Positions 24,987 through 33,881 of a stretch of 47,290 bases of DNA are shown here, piece by piece. The notes under the pieces are model-generated. The model saw nothing but the letters and a program-made list of their open reading frames with translations. It made no database searches and was not told where the DNA came from. Each line of letters begins with the position of its first letter. Within the stretch, counting starts at the first letter, position 1. The DNA comes from a virus (taxonomy: Duplodnaviria > Caudoviricetes). The DNA lies in the IMG/VR virus record IMGVR_UViG_3300030376_004479, positions 1-47,290 of that record; one strand, 5' to 3'. The position numbers and the translations under genes were made by a program.

Positions 24987-25856
24987 ATGAGTGTTAATTT
25001 TAAGAACAACGTTTCTAACGTAGATAAACTAAAAGGGTCAAATCTTATGGGTTTAATACACCCTGGTCCTACTACAGAATACTTCAACGATTTTTTTACA
25101 TACAATGCAGGTGAGTGGAAAGTTACAGAAACCGCTGCAGGTGCAGGAGCAAATAGCGTAACAAACGTAGATGGTAATGGCGGTGTCATACAAATGACAA
25201 CCGATAATGCTATAGACGATGGTATTATTATTCAGTTAGGCACAAACTCTGCAATTAATAACTCTTTTGAGTTTGATTTAGATCACGATTTTTTTTATGA
25301 AGCAAGAATAGCTTTAGATCATTATGACGGTAATAAAATGTCAGCCTTTATTGGGCTATGTGGACAAGCAGATGATGAAATATTTGATGGTTTTTTCTTT
25401 CAAGACTTTATAGGACATCAATTCGGTAATTTAGGTTTTTCTAACTTTTTTCCAACTGATTTCTATATGAGATGGGGTACAGAAGAAACATCACCAGGAT
25501 CTTTAGGAAATAAAAATGCTGCTTTTCCAGGAACAGCACAACAAATAACACAAGATACTCCACAAGTTTTGGTTGACCCAGTTCCTTTACCATCAGATGG
25601 TGAGTTTTGCACTCTAGGTGTTTGTTATGATGCTAAAACACAATTAATAGCTTGGACATATCAAGGCATCTTGATCAGTACTGCACAATTTTCAGATACT
25701 AATATACAGTCAAAGTCTTCAAGAACTTTTGCAACTTGGGGCTATCCTAAAGGGGTATTAGTGCCAACATTAGGAGTAAGGACAGAAGAAACACAAGCAA
25801 ATAGTATGAAAGTAGATTATTTCAGATGTGGAATGAGAAGGAGGGATAGAGTATGA
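24987..25856 (+). CDS. ConA/lectin-like beta-sandwich virion protein, paralogue L1
   Basis: NFKNNVSN..YFNDF..W..GGVIQMT..LGVCYD..LVPTLG..VDYF. Confidence 0.6.
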   Translation: MSVNFKNNVSNVDKLKGSNLMGLIHPGPTTEYFNDFFTYNAGEWKVTETAAGAGANSVTNVDGNGGVIQMTTDNAIDDGIIIQLGTNSAINNSFEFDLDHDFFYEARIALDHYDGNKMSAFIGLCGQADDEIFDGFFFQDFIGHQFGNLGFSNFFPTDFYMRWGTEETSPGSLGNKNAAFPGTAQQITQDTPQVLVDPVPLPSDGEFCTLGVCYDAKTQLIAWTYQGILISTAQFSDTNIQSKSSRTFATWGYPKGVLVPTLGVRTEETQANSMKVDYFRCGMRRRDRV

Positions 25857-25972
25857 AGTATGTATTTAAATGGCGTAACGGCTCAATGGAGTTTGATACA
25901 ATAGAAAAAATGATTGCTTGGATAAGTGCACAACCACACAGTTTTGCTAATCCTTGCTATGAGGTGAAATAA
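25853..25972 (+). CDS. Micro-ORF s1, 39 aa (not in ORF track)
   Basis: MKYVFKWRNGSMEFDTIEKMIAWISAQPHSFANPCYEVK; AGGAGG upstream; ATGA and TAATG overlaps. Confidence 0.65.
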   Translation: MKYVFKWRNGSMEFDTIEKMIAWISAQPHSFANPCYEVK

Positions 25973-26115
25973 TGGCTAAGAAGTTAACATTGACAATAGA
26001 CGGTGTAGAAACACAATATGCAAATACAACAGCAGGTAAAAAGAAATTAGCAGATGCTGCTATGGCCGCTGTGGCTGTTGATAAAGAAGTAGTTTTAGAT
26101 GAGGTAGAAGTATAA
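25972..26115 (+). CDS. Micro-ORF s2, 47 aa (not in ORF track)
   Basis: MAKKLTLTIDGVETQYANTTAGKKKLADAAMAAVAVDKEVVLDEVEV; GAGGTG RBS; TAATG overlaps. Confidence 0.7.
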   Translation: MAKKLTLTIDGVETQYANTTAGKKKLADAAMAAVAVDKEVVLDEVEV

Positions 26116-27125
26116 TGGCAAGCAGAGACGGTAATGTAATATTTGGTAGAACTTCAGCAGTTGGTGAAGTAAATAAAAAAATAACTGGAAATGCAGGAGT
26201 AAGTTTTCCTGATGGTATTTCTAATTTCGTAAAGAAAGATCATCCTTTATCTAAAATCGGTATTTTAGATGAAAGTAAATATATTGTTTGGCACGACGAT
26301 TTTAACAAATATGTCGCAGGCCATTGGGAAAAAACAGTAGTTGAAGCAGGTTCAGGAGATCACTCAGTTGGTGTCATTAACGGATCAGGTGGCTTACTAG
26401 AAATAGCTACAGATAATGCAAATAACGATAGAGTTTTATTGCAATACAAAGGTAATGCATCTCAAGCAGTTGGTAGTTTCATAATGGATCCAAAAAAGAA
26501 AACTTATATGGCTATGAGGTTTAAGTGTGACAATTGGCAAACATGTGCTTTACATGTTGGTCTGATGAGAAGGAAAACTGATTTCAACGGTTTATTAAGT
26601 CAGGGTGGCACTATACAAGGACTAGGTATAGATCCACTTTTTACAGGTTCTGAACCAGCTATGTTTGCTTTTATGGGCACAGGGACTGGTTTACCTCTTA
26701 ATTGTGTATTTGGTACTACTAGTTCAGGCTTTTTACCAACAGCTGGTGACATCACAAATGATGAGTTTATTGAAATGATTTTCGTATACGATCCCAACAG
26801 AAATGTTGGTAGAAGTATACCAAGCCCAAAAAACAACGATACTTTTTTAGGAAATGTAAGTGCTGCTTTACCAGCTGGTCAAATTAATACAAATCAAACC
26901 TATCTTCACAAACCCGTTTACTTTAGAGATTCGGCTAGAGGTTGGACTGGTTGTAGTGCAAGTGTAGGTGGTTCTGATTTACCGTTCACACCAGGAACAG
27001 ATACTGTAAATCCTGCTACATGGCCTGATGGTGTAAATTTGATGCCTACTATGATGATTAGAAATAGTACCGCAGCTATAAGCAAGTTGACAGTAGATTA
27101 TTTAACTATCGTACAGGAGAGATAA
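26115..27125 (+). CDS. ConA/lectin-like beta-sandwich virion protein, paralogue L2
   Basis: SFPDGISN..WHDDF..W..GGLLEIAT..MIFVYD..LMPTMM..VDYL. Confidence 0.6.
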   Translation: MASRDGNVIFGRTSAVGEVNKKITGNAGVSFPDGISNFVKKDHPLSKIGILDESKYIVWHDDFNKYVAGHWEKTVVEAGSGDHSVGVINGSGGLLEIATDNANNDRVLLQYKGNASQAVGSFIMDPKKKTYMAMRFKCDNWQTCALHVGLMRRKTDFNGLLSQGGTIQGLGIDPLFTGSEPAMFAFMGTGTGLPLNCVFGTTSSGFLPTAGDITNDEFIEMIFVYDPNRNVGRSIPSPKNNDTFLGNVSAALPAGQINTNQTYLHKPVYFRDSARGWTGCSASVGGSDLPFTPGTDTVNPATWPDGVNLMPTMMIRNSTAAISKLTVDYLTIVQER

Positions 27126-27973
27126 TGAGTACAAATTACGAAAAAGGTTTTAATAACTTACCAAATTTAAAAAATCACCCAGCTGGTGATTATATGGGTG
27201 GTGACTGGCCATCAAAGTTTAATATTATATTCGATGATTTTACATCATTTGATACAGCTTCTAATGGCTGGCGAGTAGGAACAAATGCAGGTTCTACAGT
27301 AGCTTTAGTACCCACTTCGCAATTCGATAGCAGAACAGCTAACGGTGTTTTGAGAATGACACAATCAGCATCTACAGCTTCAACTAATGGTAGTTGTGTA
27401 TTAGCTTGGTCAGGTGGTAATGCTACCAATACAGAAACTATTGAATTTACAGGAAATGAACCGTTTTTTTGGCAAATAAGGTATAAGTTTGGAGCTACAT
27501 GTACTGATGCATCTTTTGGATTTAACATGAGCGAAGACGCTGTTATGGATGGTACTAAATATGAGGGAATTGAATTTCTAGTCCCAGGCTTCCAATGTCA
27601 ATTTAACCCTAAAATTGGCACAGGTAGTGATCCGTCAGGTAGTTGGTTTAAAAGTAATGCTGCTGTTATAGGTGCTTTTGGACATTGGGATGGTAAAGAT
27701 GATGCCACAGTTGTTGATCAATTTAATGTTCTAACATTTTATTATGATCCAAAAAGAGAGTTTATGGTTTATCAAATCAATGACAGAAGGTACGAGTCTA
27801 AATCATCAGGAGGCTTTCAAGATGGTATGGATTTTCAAATTGATTCTGCTCCTTCTAGTCAACCTACAGGTAAAACTTTGTTACCTACAATAGGTTTTTC
27901 AGCAGGTACAGGTCAATTTATTGATATAGATTATGTAATGGTAGGCTGTCAAAGACCTGAGGAGTTATTCTAA
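27125..27973 (+). CDS. ConA/lectin-like beta-sandwich virion protein, paralogue L3
   Basis: TNYEKGFNN..IFDDF..W..NGVLRMT..LTFYYD..LLPTIG..IDYV. Confidence 0.6.
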   Translation: MSTNYEKGFNNLPNLKNHPAGDYMGGDWPSKFNIIFDDFTSFDTASNGWRVGTNAGSTVALVPTSQFDSRTANGVLRMTQSASTASTNGSCVLAWSGGNATNTETIEFTGNEPFFWQIRYKFGATCTDASFGFNMSEDAVMDGTKYEGIEFLVPGFQCQFNPKIGTGSDPSGSWFKSNAAVIGAFGHWDGKDDATVVDQFNVLTFYYDPKREFMVYQINDRRYESKSSGGFQDGMDFQIDSAPSSQPTGKTLLPTIGFSAGTGQFIDIDYVMVGCQRPEELF

Positions 27974-28104
27974 TGGCATATATAATAAAATACGAGAAAC
28001 CAAATGGTGAGACTGGCGAAGTCTCAGTCGCAAACGCAAATAAAATACAAGAAAAACTAGAAGCAATAGGACCTTGTAATGTTGAAATAAAGGAGAAAGA
28101 ATAA
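27973..28104 (+). CDS. Micro-ORF s3, 43 aa (not in ORF track)
   Basis: MAYIIKYEKPNGETGEVSVANANKIQEKLEAIGPCNVEIKEKE; GAGGAG RBS; TAATG overlaps. Confidence 0.7.
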   Translation: MAYIIKYEKPNGETGEVSVANANKIQEKLEAIGPCNVEIKEKE

Positions 28105-28958
28105 TGTCTTTAACAAATTTTCCAAATGGAGTAAGTAACCAAAGTGTTAATAACTTAATCAAAGGTAATTTTTACGATCCTACAAGAAATCATGTATTTT
28201 TTGATGATTTTGATCATTACGATACCGATAAGTGGTCTGAAATAAAATCAGCAAACGGTACAGTAACAATCAGTCCTGATAACCCATCATGCATCAGATT
28301 GACAAGTCATACAGGTTCAAATGATTTTACAGGCCTATTATTAGGTCCAGCAGTAGGTACACCTGAACATAACTTTACTCTTAAAAAAGATAGAGACTTT
28401 GTTATGAAGTTCAGATGGAATCCTAACGGCATGAATGCAAGTGACCCAGCATACGCAGGCGCTTTTATGTTTACCGATGATGTGCAAGCAGGCCCACCAA
28501 TATTCTTTAACCCAACACCCCCAACAGGGTCAATAGGTGTTCTATTTAAAGGTGATCCAGCTGGCGGTACAGTATGTTATCAATATGCTAACAATGGGTC
28601 TAATGCTTATGCAGCCTTATTAAATTCATCTGATAACCCTGAATTGAATATTGCTAGTAGAGCAGGTTTCCCAAATACTTTCTTTACGGCTACTATTTAT
28701 TACGATTCAAATAGAGGCAGAATTAAATGGATACTTGAAGATACTTTAGTATCTGAAGTAGATATTACAGTAACCGATAGAACTTTGAAAAATAGTCAAT
28801 CAACATCTCTAACAGCAGATGATATACCGTTTACTGATTCAGGTGCTCAAGTATTACCGCATATTTATGTTGCTAATTTCTTAAACTCAGGAGCACAAAG
28901 TGCTGACTTTGATTATATATTTGTATCTCAACCAAGAGATCCAGGAGGTTTCAAGTAA
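28104..28958 (+). CDS. ConA/lectin-like beta-sandwich virion protein, paralogue L4
   Basis: TNFPNGVSN..FFDDF..W..CIRLT..ATIYYD..VLPHIY..FDYI. Confidence 0.6.
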   Translation: MSLTNFPNGVSNQSVNNLIKGNFYDPTRNHVFFDDFDHYDTDKWSEIKSANGTVTISPDNPSCIRLTSHTGSNDFTGLLLGPAVGTPEHNFTLKKDRDFVMKFRWNPNGMNASDPAYAGAFMFTDDVQAGPPIFFNPTPPTGSIGVLFKGDPAGGTVCYQYANNGSNAYAALLNSSDNPELNIASRAGFPNTFFTATIYYDSNRGRIKWILEDTLVSEVDITVTDRTLKNSQSTSLTADDIPFTDSGAQVLPHIYVANFLNSGAQSADFDYIFVSQPRDPGGFK

Positions 28959-29095
28959 TGGCTATAAAATTAAAACTTATAAATACACAAACTAGCGAAG
29001 TCGTCGTAGATGAAACTGTAGCTAATAAAACTGCTGCAAATAATAAATTAAAAGATTTAAATGAATCAGTTCAAGTTATTTGGGAGGAAGAATAA
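28958..29095 (+). CDS. Micro-ORF s4, 45 aa (not in ORF track)
   Basis: MAIKLKLINTQTSEVVVDETVANKTAANNKLKDLNESVQVIWEEE; AGGAGG RBS; TAATG overlaps. Confidence 0.7.
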   Translation: MAIKLKLINTQTSEVVVDETVANKTAANNKLKDLNESVQVIWEEE

Positions 29096-29499
29096 TGGCA
29101 GATGCAGTAACATCACAAATTATACAAGATGGCCAACGTAAGGCCGTAATGAAATTCACCAATCTCTCTGATGGAACAGGCGAGGCTAACGTTGCTAAAG
29201 TTGACGTTTCCGCTTTAGAACCAAACGCAAGCGGTGCTGCTTGTACAGGCGTTACCATTCAAAGAATTTATTGGGCAACTAGAGGTATGGGAGTCAATTT
29301 GTTTTTTGATGCCACAGCTAATGTTCTTATTACAGGACTACCAGCTGATAGTACAGGAGATGAATATTATGATAACTTTACAGGCATACCTAATAACGCT
29401 GGATCAGGCAAAACTGGAGATGTTCTTTTTTCAACAGTAGCCCACTCAGCAGGTGACACTTATTCTATTATTTTAGAACTCGTTAAAGAGTATGGCTAA
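29095..29499 (+). CDS. Conserved virion structural protein
   Basis: MADAVTSQIIQDGQRKAVMKFTNLSDGTGE..; start moved to ATG 29095 (GGAGG RBS). Confidence 0.6.
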   Translation: MADAVTSQIIQDGQRKAVMKFTNLSDGTGEANVAKVDVSALEPNASGAACTGVTIQRIYWATRGMGVNLFFDATANVLITGLPADSTGDEYYDNFTGIPNNAGSGKTGDVLFSTVAHSAGDTYSIILELVKEYG

Positions 29500-29776
29500 T
29501 AATGTAAGACGAACAGTAGGTAAGGGAGGAAACTACCGATCTACTAAGTCTGGTGCTGGCATGACCAAAAAAGGTGTTGCCGCATATAGACGTAAGAACC
29601 CAGGTTCTAAGCTTAAAACCGCTGTTACTGGAAAAGTTAAACGTAATAGCAAAGCAGCAAAAAGACGAAAATCTTATTGCGCAAGATCTTTGGGACAACT
29701 AAAAAGAAGTTCTGCCAAGACAAGGAATGATCCGAACTCAAGAATAAGGCAGGCTCGCAGGCGCTGGAGGTGCTAG
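29492..29776 (+). CDS. Highly basic small protein (DUF6321-like)
   Basis: GAGMTKKGVAAYRRKNPGSKLKTAV..RRKSYCARS..ARRRWRC. Confidence 0.6.
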   Translation: MANNVRRTVGKGGNYRSTKSGAGMTKKGVAAYRRKNPGSKLKTAVTGKVKRNSKAAKRRKSYCARSLGQLKRSSAKTRNDPNSRIRQARRRWRC

Positions 29777-29777
29777 T

Positions 29778-29957
29778 ATGAATTTTTGGGAAAAAGTAGG
29801 AAATTGGTTTGGCTGGGTAAAAGTCAGAGCTCGTGATGAAGATGGTCGATATGTTGCAGATGACAAATCGACAGCAAAGAATGAAGCCTATACAATGGTA
29901 CACAAGGATTTGGTCAAAAAGCCAAAACGTAAATATACAAAAAAGAAGGTTAAATAA
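29778..29957 (+). CDS. 59-aa basic protein with RDxxGR motif (not in ORF track)
   Basis: GGAGG RBS; VRARDEDGRYVADDKSTAKNEAY..KKPKRKYTKKKVK. Confidence 0.6.
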   Translation: MNFWEKVGNWFGWVKVRARDEDGRYVADDKSTAKNEAYTMVHKDLVKKPKRKYTKKKVK

Positions 29958-30229
29958 TGGCAATAACAAGTAAAAAGAATGTACAAAGAATAGAGGTGTA
30001 TCCTCTAACAGATGACTCAGCAGCTGATACAGCTAACGCAAAACACCCAACAGTTATGGTATGTTATGAAAATGTTTTAACTGGAACTGGTGCAGACGCT
30101 CATCTAAACGGTACAGTTGCAAATGAAAACAAACATTTAAGCAAATACGTAGAAGACGGTGGTGCTGCTAGTGATTACTCTGGCGAAGATGCTTTAGTAA
30201 AAACAGTTTGTGCAGCTATTTGGGCATAA
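29957..30229 (+). CDS. Hypothetical virion-associated protein
   Basis: MAITSKK..IEVY..DYSGEDALVKTVCAAIW. Confidence 0.55.
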   Translation: MAITSKKNVQRIEVYPLTDDSAADTANAKHPTVMVCYENVLTGTGADAHLNGTVANENKHLSKYVEDGGAASDYSGEDALVKTVCAAIWA

Positions 30230-30649
30230 GTGTACGAATATAAATGCGAAGTAACTAGAGTAGTAGACGGGGATACAGTAGATTGTGTCCTCGATCTAGG
30301 CTTTAGCATTCTTCATAAGTGCCGTGTACGTCTATACGGTATTGATACTCCAGAATCTAGAACTCGTGACTTAGATGAAAAAGCACGTGGAAAACTAGCA
30401 TCTAAATTTCTACAAGACTCTATAGATAACGGTAAAGATATAGTCCTGAGAAGCGAATTGAAAGACTCAAAAGGTAAGTATGGCAGAGTGCTTGGTTCTA
30501 TCGTAGTTGACGACTTAGATATAAATAAAGCTATGGTGGCCAATAATCTAGCGGTCAAATACTTCGGTCAAAGCAAGGATGACGTTGAAGCAGAACATAT
30601 GGTCAATAGAGATATTTTGATTGCAGAAGGAGCTTACGAACCAGTATAA
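30230..30649 (+). CDS. Thermonuclease (SNase-like)
   Basis: RVVDGDTV, RVRLYGIDTPE, KYGRVLG. Confidence 0.85.
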   Translation: MYEYKCEVTRVVDGDTVDCVLDLGFSILHKCRVRLYGIDTPESRTRDLDEKARGKLASKFLQDSIDNGKDIVLRSELKDSKGKYGRVLGSIVVDDLDINKAMVANNLAVKYFGQSKDDVEAEHMVNRDILIAEGAYEPV

Positions 30650-30656
30650 TCAAAGT

Positions 30657-30887
30657 ATGGCTAAGAAAGCAAAAAGCGGCGGTAAGATATGTGCAAAAGG
30701 CAAAGCCTGGGCTAAAAGGACTTTTGATACATACCCTTCAGCATATGCAAATATGGCTGCTTCTAAATATTGTAAAGATCCAAACTACGCAAAAGGCGCT
30801 AAGGGCAAAAAAGTTAAAAAAAGAGCAGGAGGCCTCGTTACTAGTCCCAGAGGTCAAGGCGCTGTTATGTCTAACAGGAAGAGATAA
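30657..30887 (+). CDS. Small basic protein
   Basis: KICAKGKAWAKRTFDTYPSAYAN..YCKDPNY; start moved to ATG 30657. Confidence 0.6.
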   Translation: MAKKAKSGGKICAKGKAWAKRTFDTYPSAYANMAASKYCKDPNYAKGAKGKKVKKRAGGLVTSPRGQGAVMSNRKR

Positions 30888-31198
30888 TGGGTCAGTTAAA
30901 ACAATGGCGTGAACAGAATTGGGTTCGTATAGGGACTGACGGTAAGATTAAAGGTCCTTGTGGTACAAGCAAAGATAAAAAAAACCCTGATAGATGTTTA
31001 CCTGCTGCCAAAGCAAGAAGCTTATCTCAATCACAACGTGCATCTACAGCTAGAAAAAAGAAAAAAGCAGGTAGTAAAGGCAAAACTGTTGTAGCTAATA
31101 CACCAAAAGCTAAAGTGAAAATGAAAGATGGTGGCTTTATAGCTAGAGGTTGTGGTAAAGTAATGAATGACCGTAGGAAGGTTACAACAATAAGTTGA
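30887..31198 (+). CDS. Small basic protein (DUF5872-like)
   Basis: LKQWREQNWVRI..PCG..PDRCLPAAKA..RKKK. Confidence 0.6.
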   Translation: MGQLKQWREQNWVRIGTDGKIKGPCGTSKDKKNPDRCLPAAKARSLSQSQRASTARKKKKAGSKGKTVVANTPKAKVKMKDGGFIARGCGKVMNDRRKVTTIS

Positions 31199-31210
31199 CA
31201 AGGAGCAAAA

Positions 31211-31408
31211 ATGCCAAGTTATAAAAAATCTAAAAATGGTAGCATGATGAAGAAATCTAAAGGTGGAATGCTGATGAAGAAATCTAAAGGCGGTATGCTG
31301 ATGAAAAAGTCTAAGGGTGGAAGAGTCATGAAGAAATCTAAAGGTGGAAGTGTCGCTGGTGCAGCAAACAGAAGAAGAGCCAGACAAGGCGCTGCAGTAA
31401 ATCGTTAA
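31211..31408 (+). CDS. Lys-rich repeat (histone/protamine-like) peptide
   Basis: AGGAG RBS; five 9-aa units resembling MKKSKGGxx. Confidence 0.6.
   Translation: MPSYKKSKNGSMMKKSKGGMLMKKSKGGMLMKKSKGGRVMKKSKGGSVAGAANRRRARQGAAVNR
31220..31354 (+). repeat. 27-nt coding tandem repeat x5
   Basis: ATGAAGAAATCTAAAGGTGGA-like units at 31247, 31274, 31301, 31328, plus a degenerate unit at 31220. Confidence 0.85.
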
Positions 31409-32082
31409 TGCCTAATTTAATAAGTAATATCCCACATTTCAAATGTTGGGTCAGGAGAGAATTCACACATAATCATGAAAAGTATCACGACGAATACATT
31501 CATGCATTAGCAATAGCAGTCAACACAATACCTGATAGATCTCTAAGTTTTCAGGTTGTTTTTACAGGCGAAGAATCAAACTGTGAAGACAATGATGAGC
31601 CTAATATACATGGTGGTGCTATGTGGGCCAGAATGCCTATACAAGGCATGGTAGCAGACATACCTATGGAAGATTTTCCCGATCCTATGGAAGATCATTT
31701 AGCGCAACCTTGGGACTGTGAATCAAGAGATCATTCAGTAGTTGTGATGGACAGAGTTAGTTCATCTCCTTGGTTAGCCAAGCTAGGTGGAGATTTTTAC
31801 CAAGCAAAATATTTGTTTACGGTAGACTACACAAACAACTCTATTGCAGATGACCCTGCACAACATAAACAATCTCATGTATTATATATAACAGAAGATT
31901 GTAATTGGAAAGGTAATTTAGTTGCTTTACCAAACAATAGAGTAAGAGCTACAAGCCCTGCTTTATGGGTGACTGGCGAAGGTGCTCCTGACTTTAAACC
32001 GTCACAATGGGCTCATTCTGCCGAAGGTCATGAAAGCTATTTAGATCCTTCAATTACATTTGATAATTTATATGAGGACTAA
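31408..32082 (+). CDS. Conserved phage protein of unknown function
   Basis: 224 aa; NIPHFKCWVRREF, GAMWARMPI, QPWDC, YLFTVDY, HKQSHV, LPNNRV. Confidence 0.65.
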   Translation: MPNLISNIPHFKCWVRREFTHNHEKYHDEYIHALAIAVNTIPDRSLSFQVVFTGEESNCEDNDEPNIHGGAMWARMPIQGMVADIPMEDFPDPMEDHLAQPWDCESRDHSVVVMDRVSSSPWLAKLGGDFYQAKYLFTVDYTNNSIADDPAQHKQSHVLYITEDCNWKGNLVALPNNRVRATSPALWVTGEGAPDFKPSQWAHSAEGHESYLDPSITFDNLYED

Positions 32083-32084
32083 TT

Positions 32085-32243
32085 ATGCATTACACAAAAG
32101 ACTTAAACGAAGTCATTAAAGGTCTAAAAAAAGCCAGCAAACTGCACGCAGCACAAGCAAAAAAATTAGAAAAGATTAGAAAAGATCAGAAGAAATATAC
32201 TGGTGTTAAAGCAAAAAAAACAGTTAGTAAGAGAAGAAGATAA
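32085..32243 (+). CDS. 52-aa Lys-rich peptide (not in ORF track)
   Basis: GAGGA RBS; VIKGLKKASKLHAAQAKKL..KRRR; TAATG overlap. Confidence 0.6.
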   Translation: MHYTKDLNEVIKGLKKASKLHAAQAKKLEKIRKDQKKYTGVKAKKTVSKRRR

Positions 32244-32917
32244 TGGCAGTTTCAGGTAGCAAAGATTTTGAACTAAATATTACAGAGTTTATAGAAGAAG
32301 CATACGAAAGATGTGGGTTAGAACTCAGAACTGGTTATGATCTTAAAACTGCTATCAGATCTGCAAACCTAATGCTAGCTGAATGGGCTAATAGAGGTTT
32401 AAATCAATGGACCATATCAACTGGCACACAAACAGTTACTGAAGGCACTAATAACTACCAATTAGGTACTAGCACAATAGACATCTTAGATGTAACGGTT
32501 AGAAGAACCGTAGGGACTGACACAACAGATATACGTATGGATAGATTATCTAGATCAGAATATTTTTCTATACCTAACAAAGACTCAAAAGCAAAACCTT
32601 CACAATTTTTCTTAGACAAGCAAATAAATCCAGTTTTATTTTTATACCCAACACCTGAAAATTCTACAGACATTATCAGATTTACCAAATTAGAAAGAAT
32701 AGATGATGTAGATTCAGCAACAAACACTATGCAGATGCCCTTCAGGCTATTTCCTTGCTTTGTAGCAGGCCTAGCCTATTACTTATCACAAAAAAGGGCT
32801 CCTGAGCGAAGTATGGAGCTCAAAGCCATATATGAGGAAGAATTCAGGCGTGCAGCCGACCAAGATGAGGATAGAGCGTCATTTAGAGTTAGACCTTATC
32901 CTGGAGTCAGAAGATGA
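32243..32917 (+). CDS. Head-tail adaptor / neck protein
   Basis: IEEAYERCG..NLMLAEWANRG..LYPTP..LAYYLS, in the neck position. Confidence 0.65.
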   Translation: MAVSGSKDFELNITEFIEEAYERCGLELRTGYDLKTAIRSANLMLAEWANRGLNQWTISTGTQTVTEGTNNYQLGTSTIDILDVTVRRTVGTDTTDIRMDRLSRSEYFSIPNKDSKAKPSQFFLDKQINPVLFLYPTPENSTDIIRFTKLERIDDVDSATNTMQMPFRLFPCFVAGLAYYLSQKRAPERSMELKAIYEEEFRRAADQDEDRASFRVRPYPGVRR

Positions 32918-33219
32918 CATATGCAACTGGCAAATTTGCTAGAGCTATATGTGATAGATGCGGTTTTGAATATAAATTACATGAGCTTAAGAAAGAATGG
33001 ACAGGATTCAAAGTATGCGATAATTGTTTCGAACCTAAACATCCACAGTTAGGACCATTCAATCATATAGCAGACCCTGAAGCCATATATGACCCTAGAG
33101 TTAATAATGATGTAGAGGCTAACGGTGGTAATGTATTTTCTAACGATAACCCAATAGGTAGAAGTTTTAGAGGGTTCTTGCTAACATCTGCATTAGGAAG
33201 AGTTACAATAACAACATGA
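32914..33219 (+). CDS. Zn-ribbon neck-module protein
   Basis: CDRCG..CDNCFEPKHPQL. Confidence 0.6.
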   Translation: MTYATGKFARAICDRCGFEYKLHELKKEWTGFKVCDNCFEPKHPQLGPFNHIADPEAIYDPRVNNDVEANGGNVFSNDNPIGRSFRGFLLTSALGRVTITT

Positions 33220-33875
33220 CATTAACAGAATTAAAAGGACTCATTCAAGATTACTTACAAAATACTGAGACTACTTTTGTAAATAATTTAAACGAAATAA
33301 TTAAAACCGTTGAAGAAAGAATCTTTGAAGATGTTCAATTTGATAATTTTAGAAAAACTAGCACTTTGACATTTACTGCTGGCAATAAAATACTTACAAC
33401 GCCATCAGACTTTGTTTTAGCTTTTAGTTTAGCTGTTATCGACAGTAACTCTGATTATCATTACTTAGACAAAAAACACCCATCATTTATGCAAGAATTT
33501 ACAGTTGATCCGTCAGATGTAAATTTACGTGGTCTGCCTAAATACTATGGTGATTTTTCAAAACAACTTGGTGGCTCTAGTCTAGTAGTAGCACCAGTAC
33601 CAGATCAAAATTACAGCGTGGAGTTGAATTATCTGTTTAAGCCTAATTCTCTTGTGACTGACACAACAGGAACTTGGCTTTCACAAAATGCTAGAAATGC
33701 TTTGCTATACGGTTGCTTAATAGAAGCCTATACATTCATGAAAGGCGATCCTGATCTTCTCCAGTTATACGATCAAAAGTATAGTCAAGAAATAGCCAGG
33801 CTCAAGAATAGAGCCGAAGGCAGAGGGAGAAGAGACGAATATAGATACGATTCTTTACGTACTCCTGTTCGTTAA
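33216..33875 (+). CDS. Second adaptor / tail tubular protein A-like
   Basis: MTLTELK..EERI..PKYY..APVPDQNY..LLYGCLIEA. Confidence 0.6.
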   Translation: MTLTELKGLIQDYLQNTETTFVNNLNEIIKTVEERIFEDVQFDNFRKTSTLTFTAGNKILTTPSDFVLAFSLAVIDSNSDYHYLDKKHPSFMQEFTVDPSDVNLRGLPKYYGDFSKQLGGSSLVVAPVPDQNYSVELNYLFKPNSLVTDTTGTWLSQNARNALLYGCLIEAYTFMKGDPDLLQLYDQKYSQEIARLKNRAEGRGRRDEYRYDSLRTPVR

Positions 33876-33881
33876 ATATAT

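Noticed and set aside
24987-28958. Diversity-generating retroelement or GH16 hydrolases as the explanation for the paralogues
   Set aside because: No reverse transcriptase or near-identical TR/VR pair seen; no ExDxxE catalytic motif
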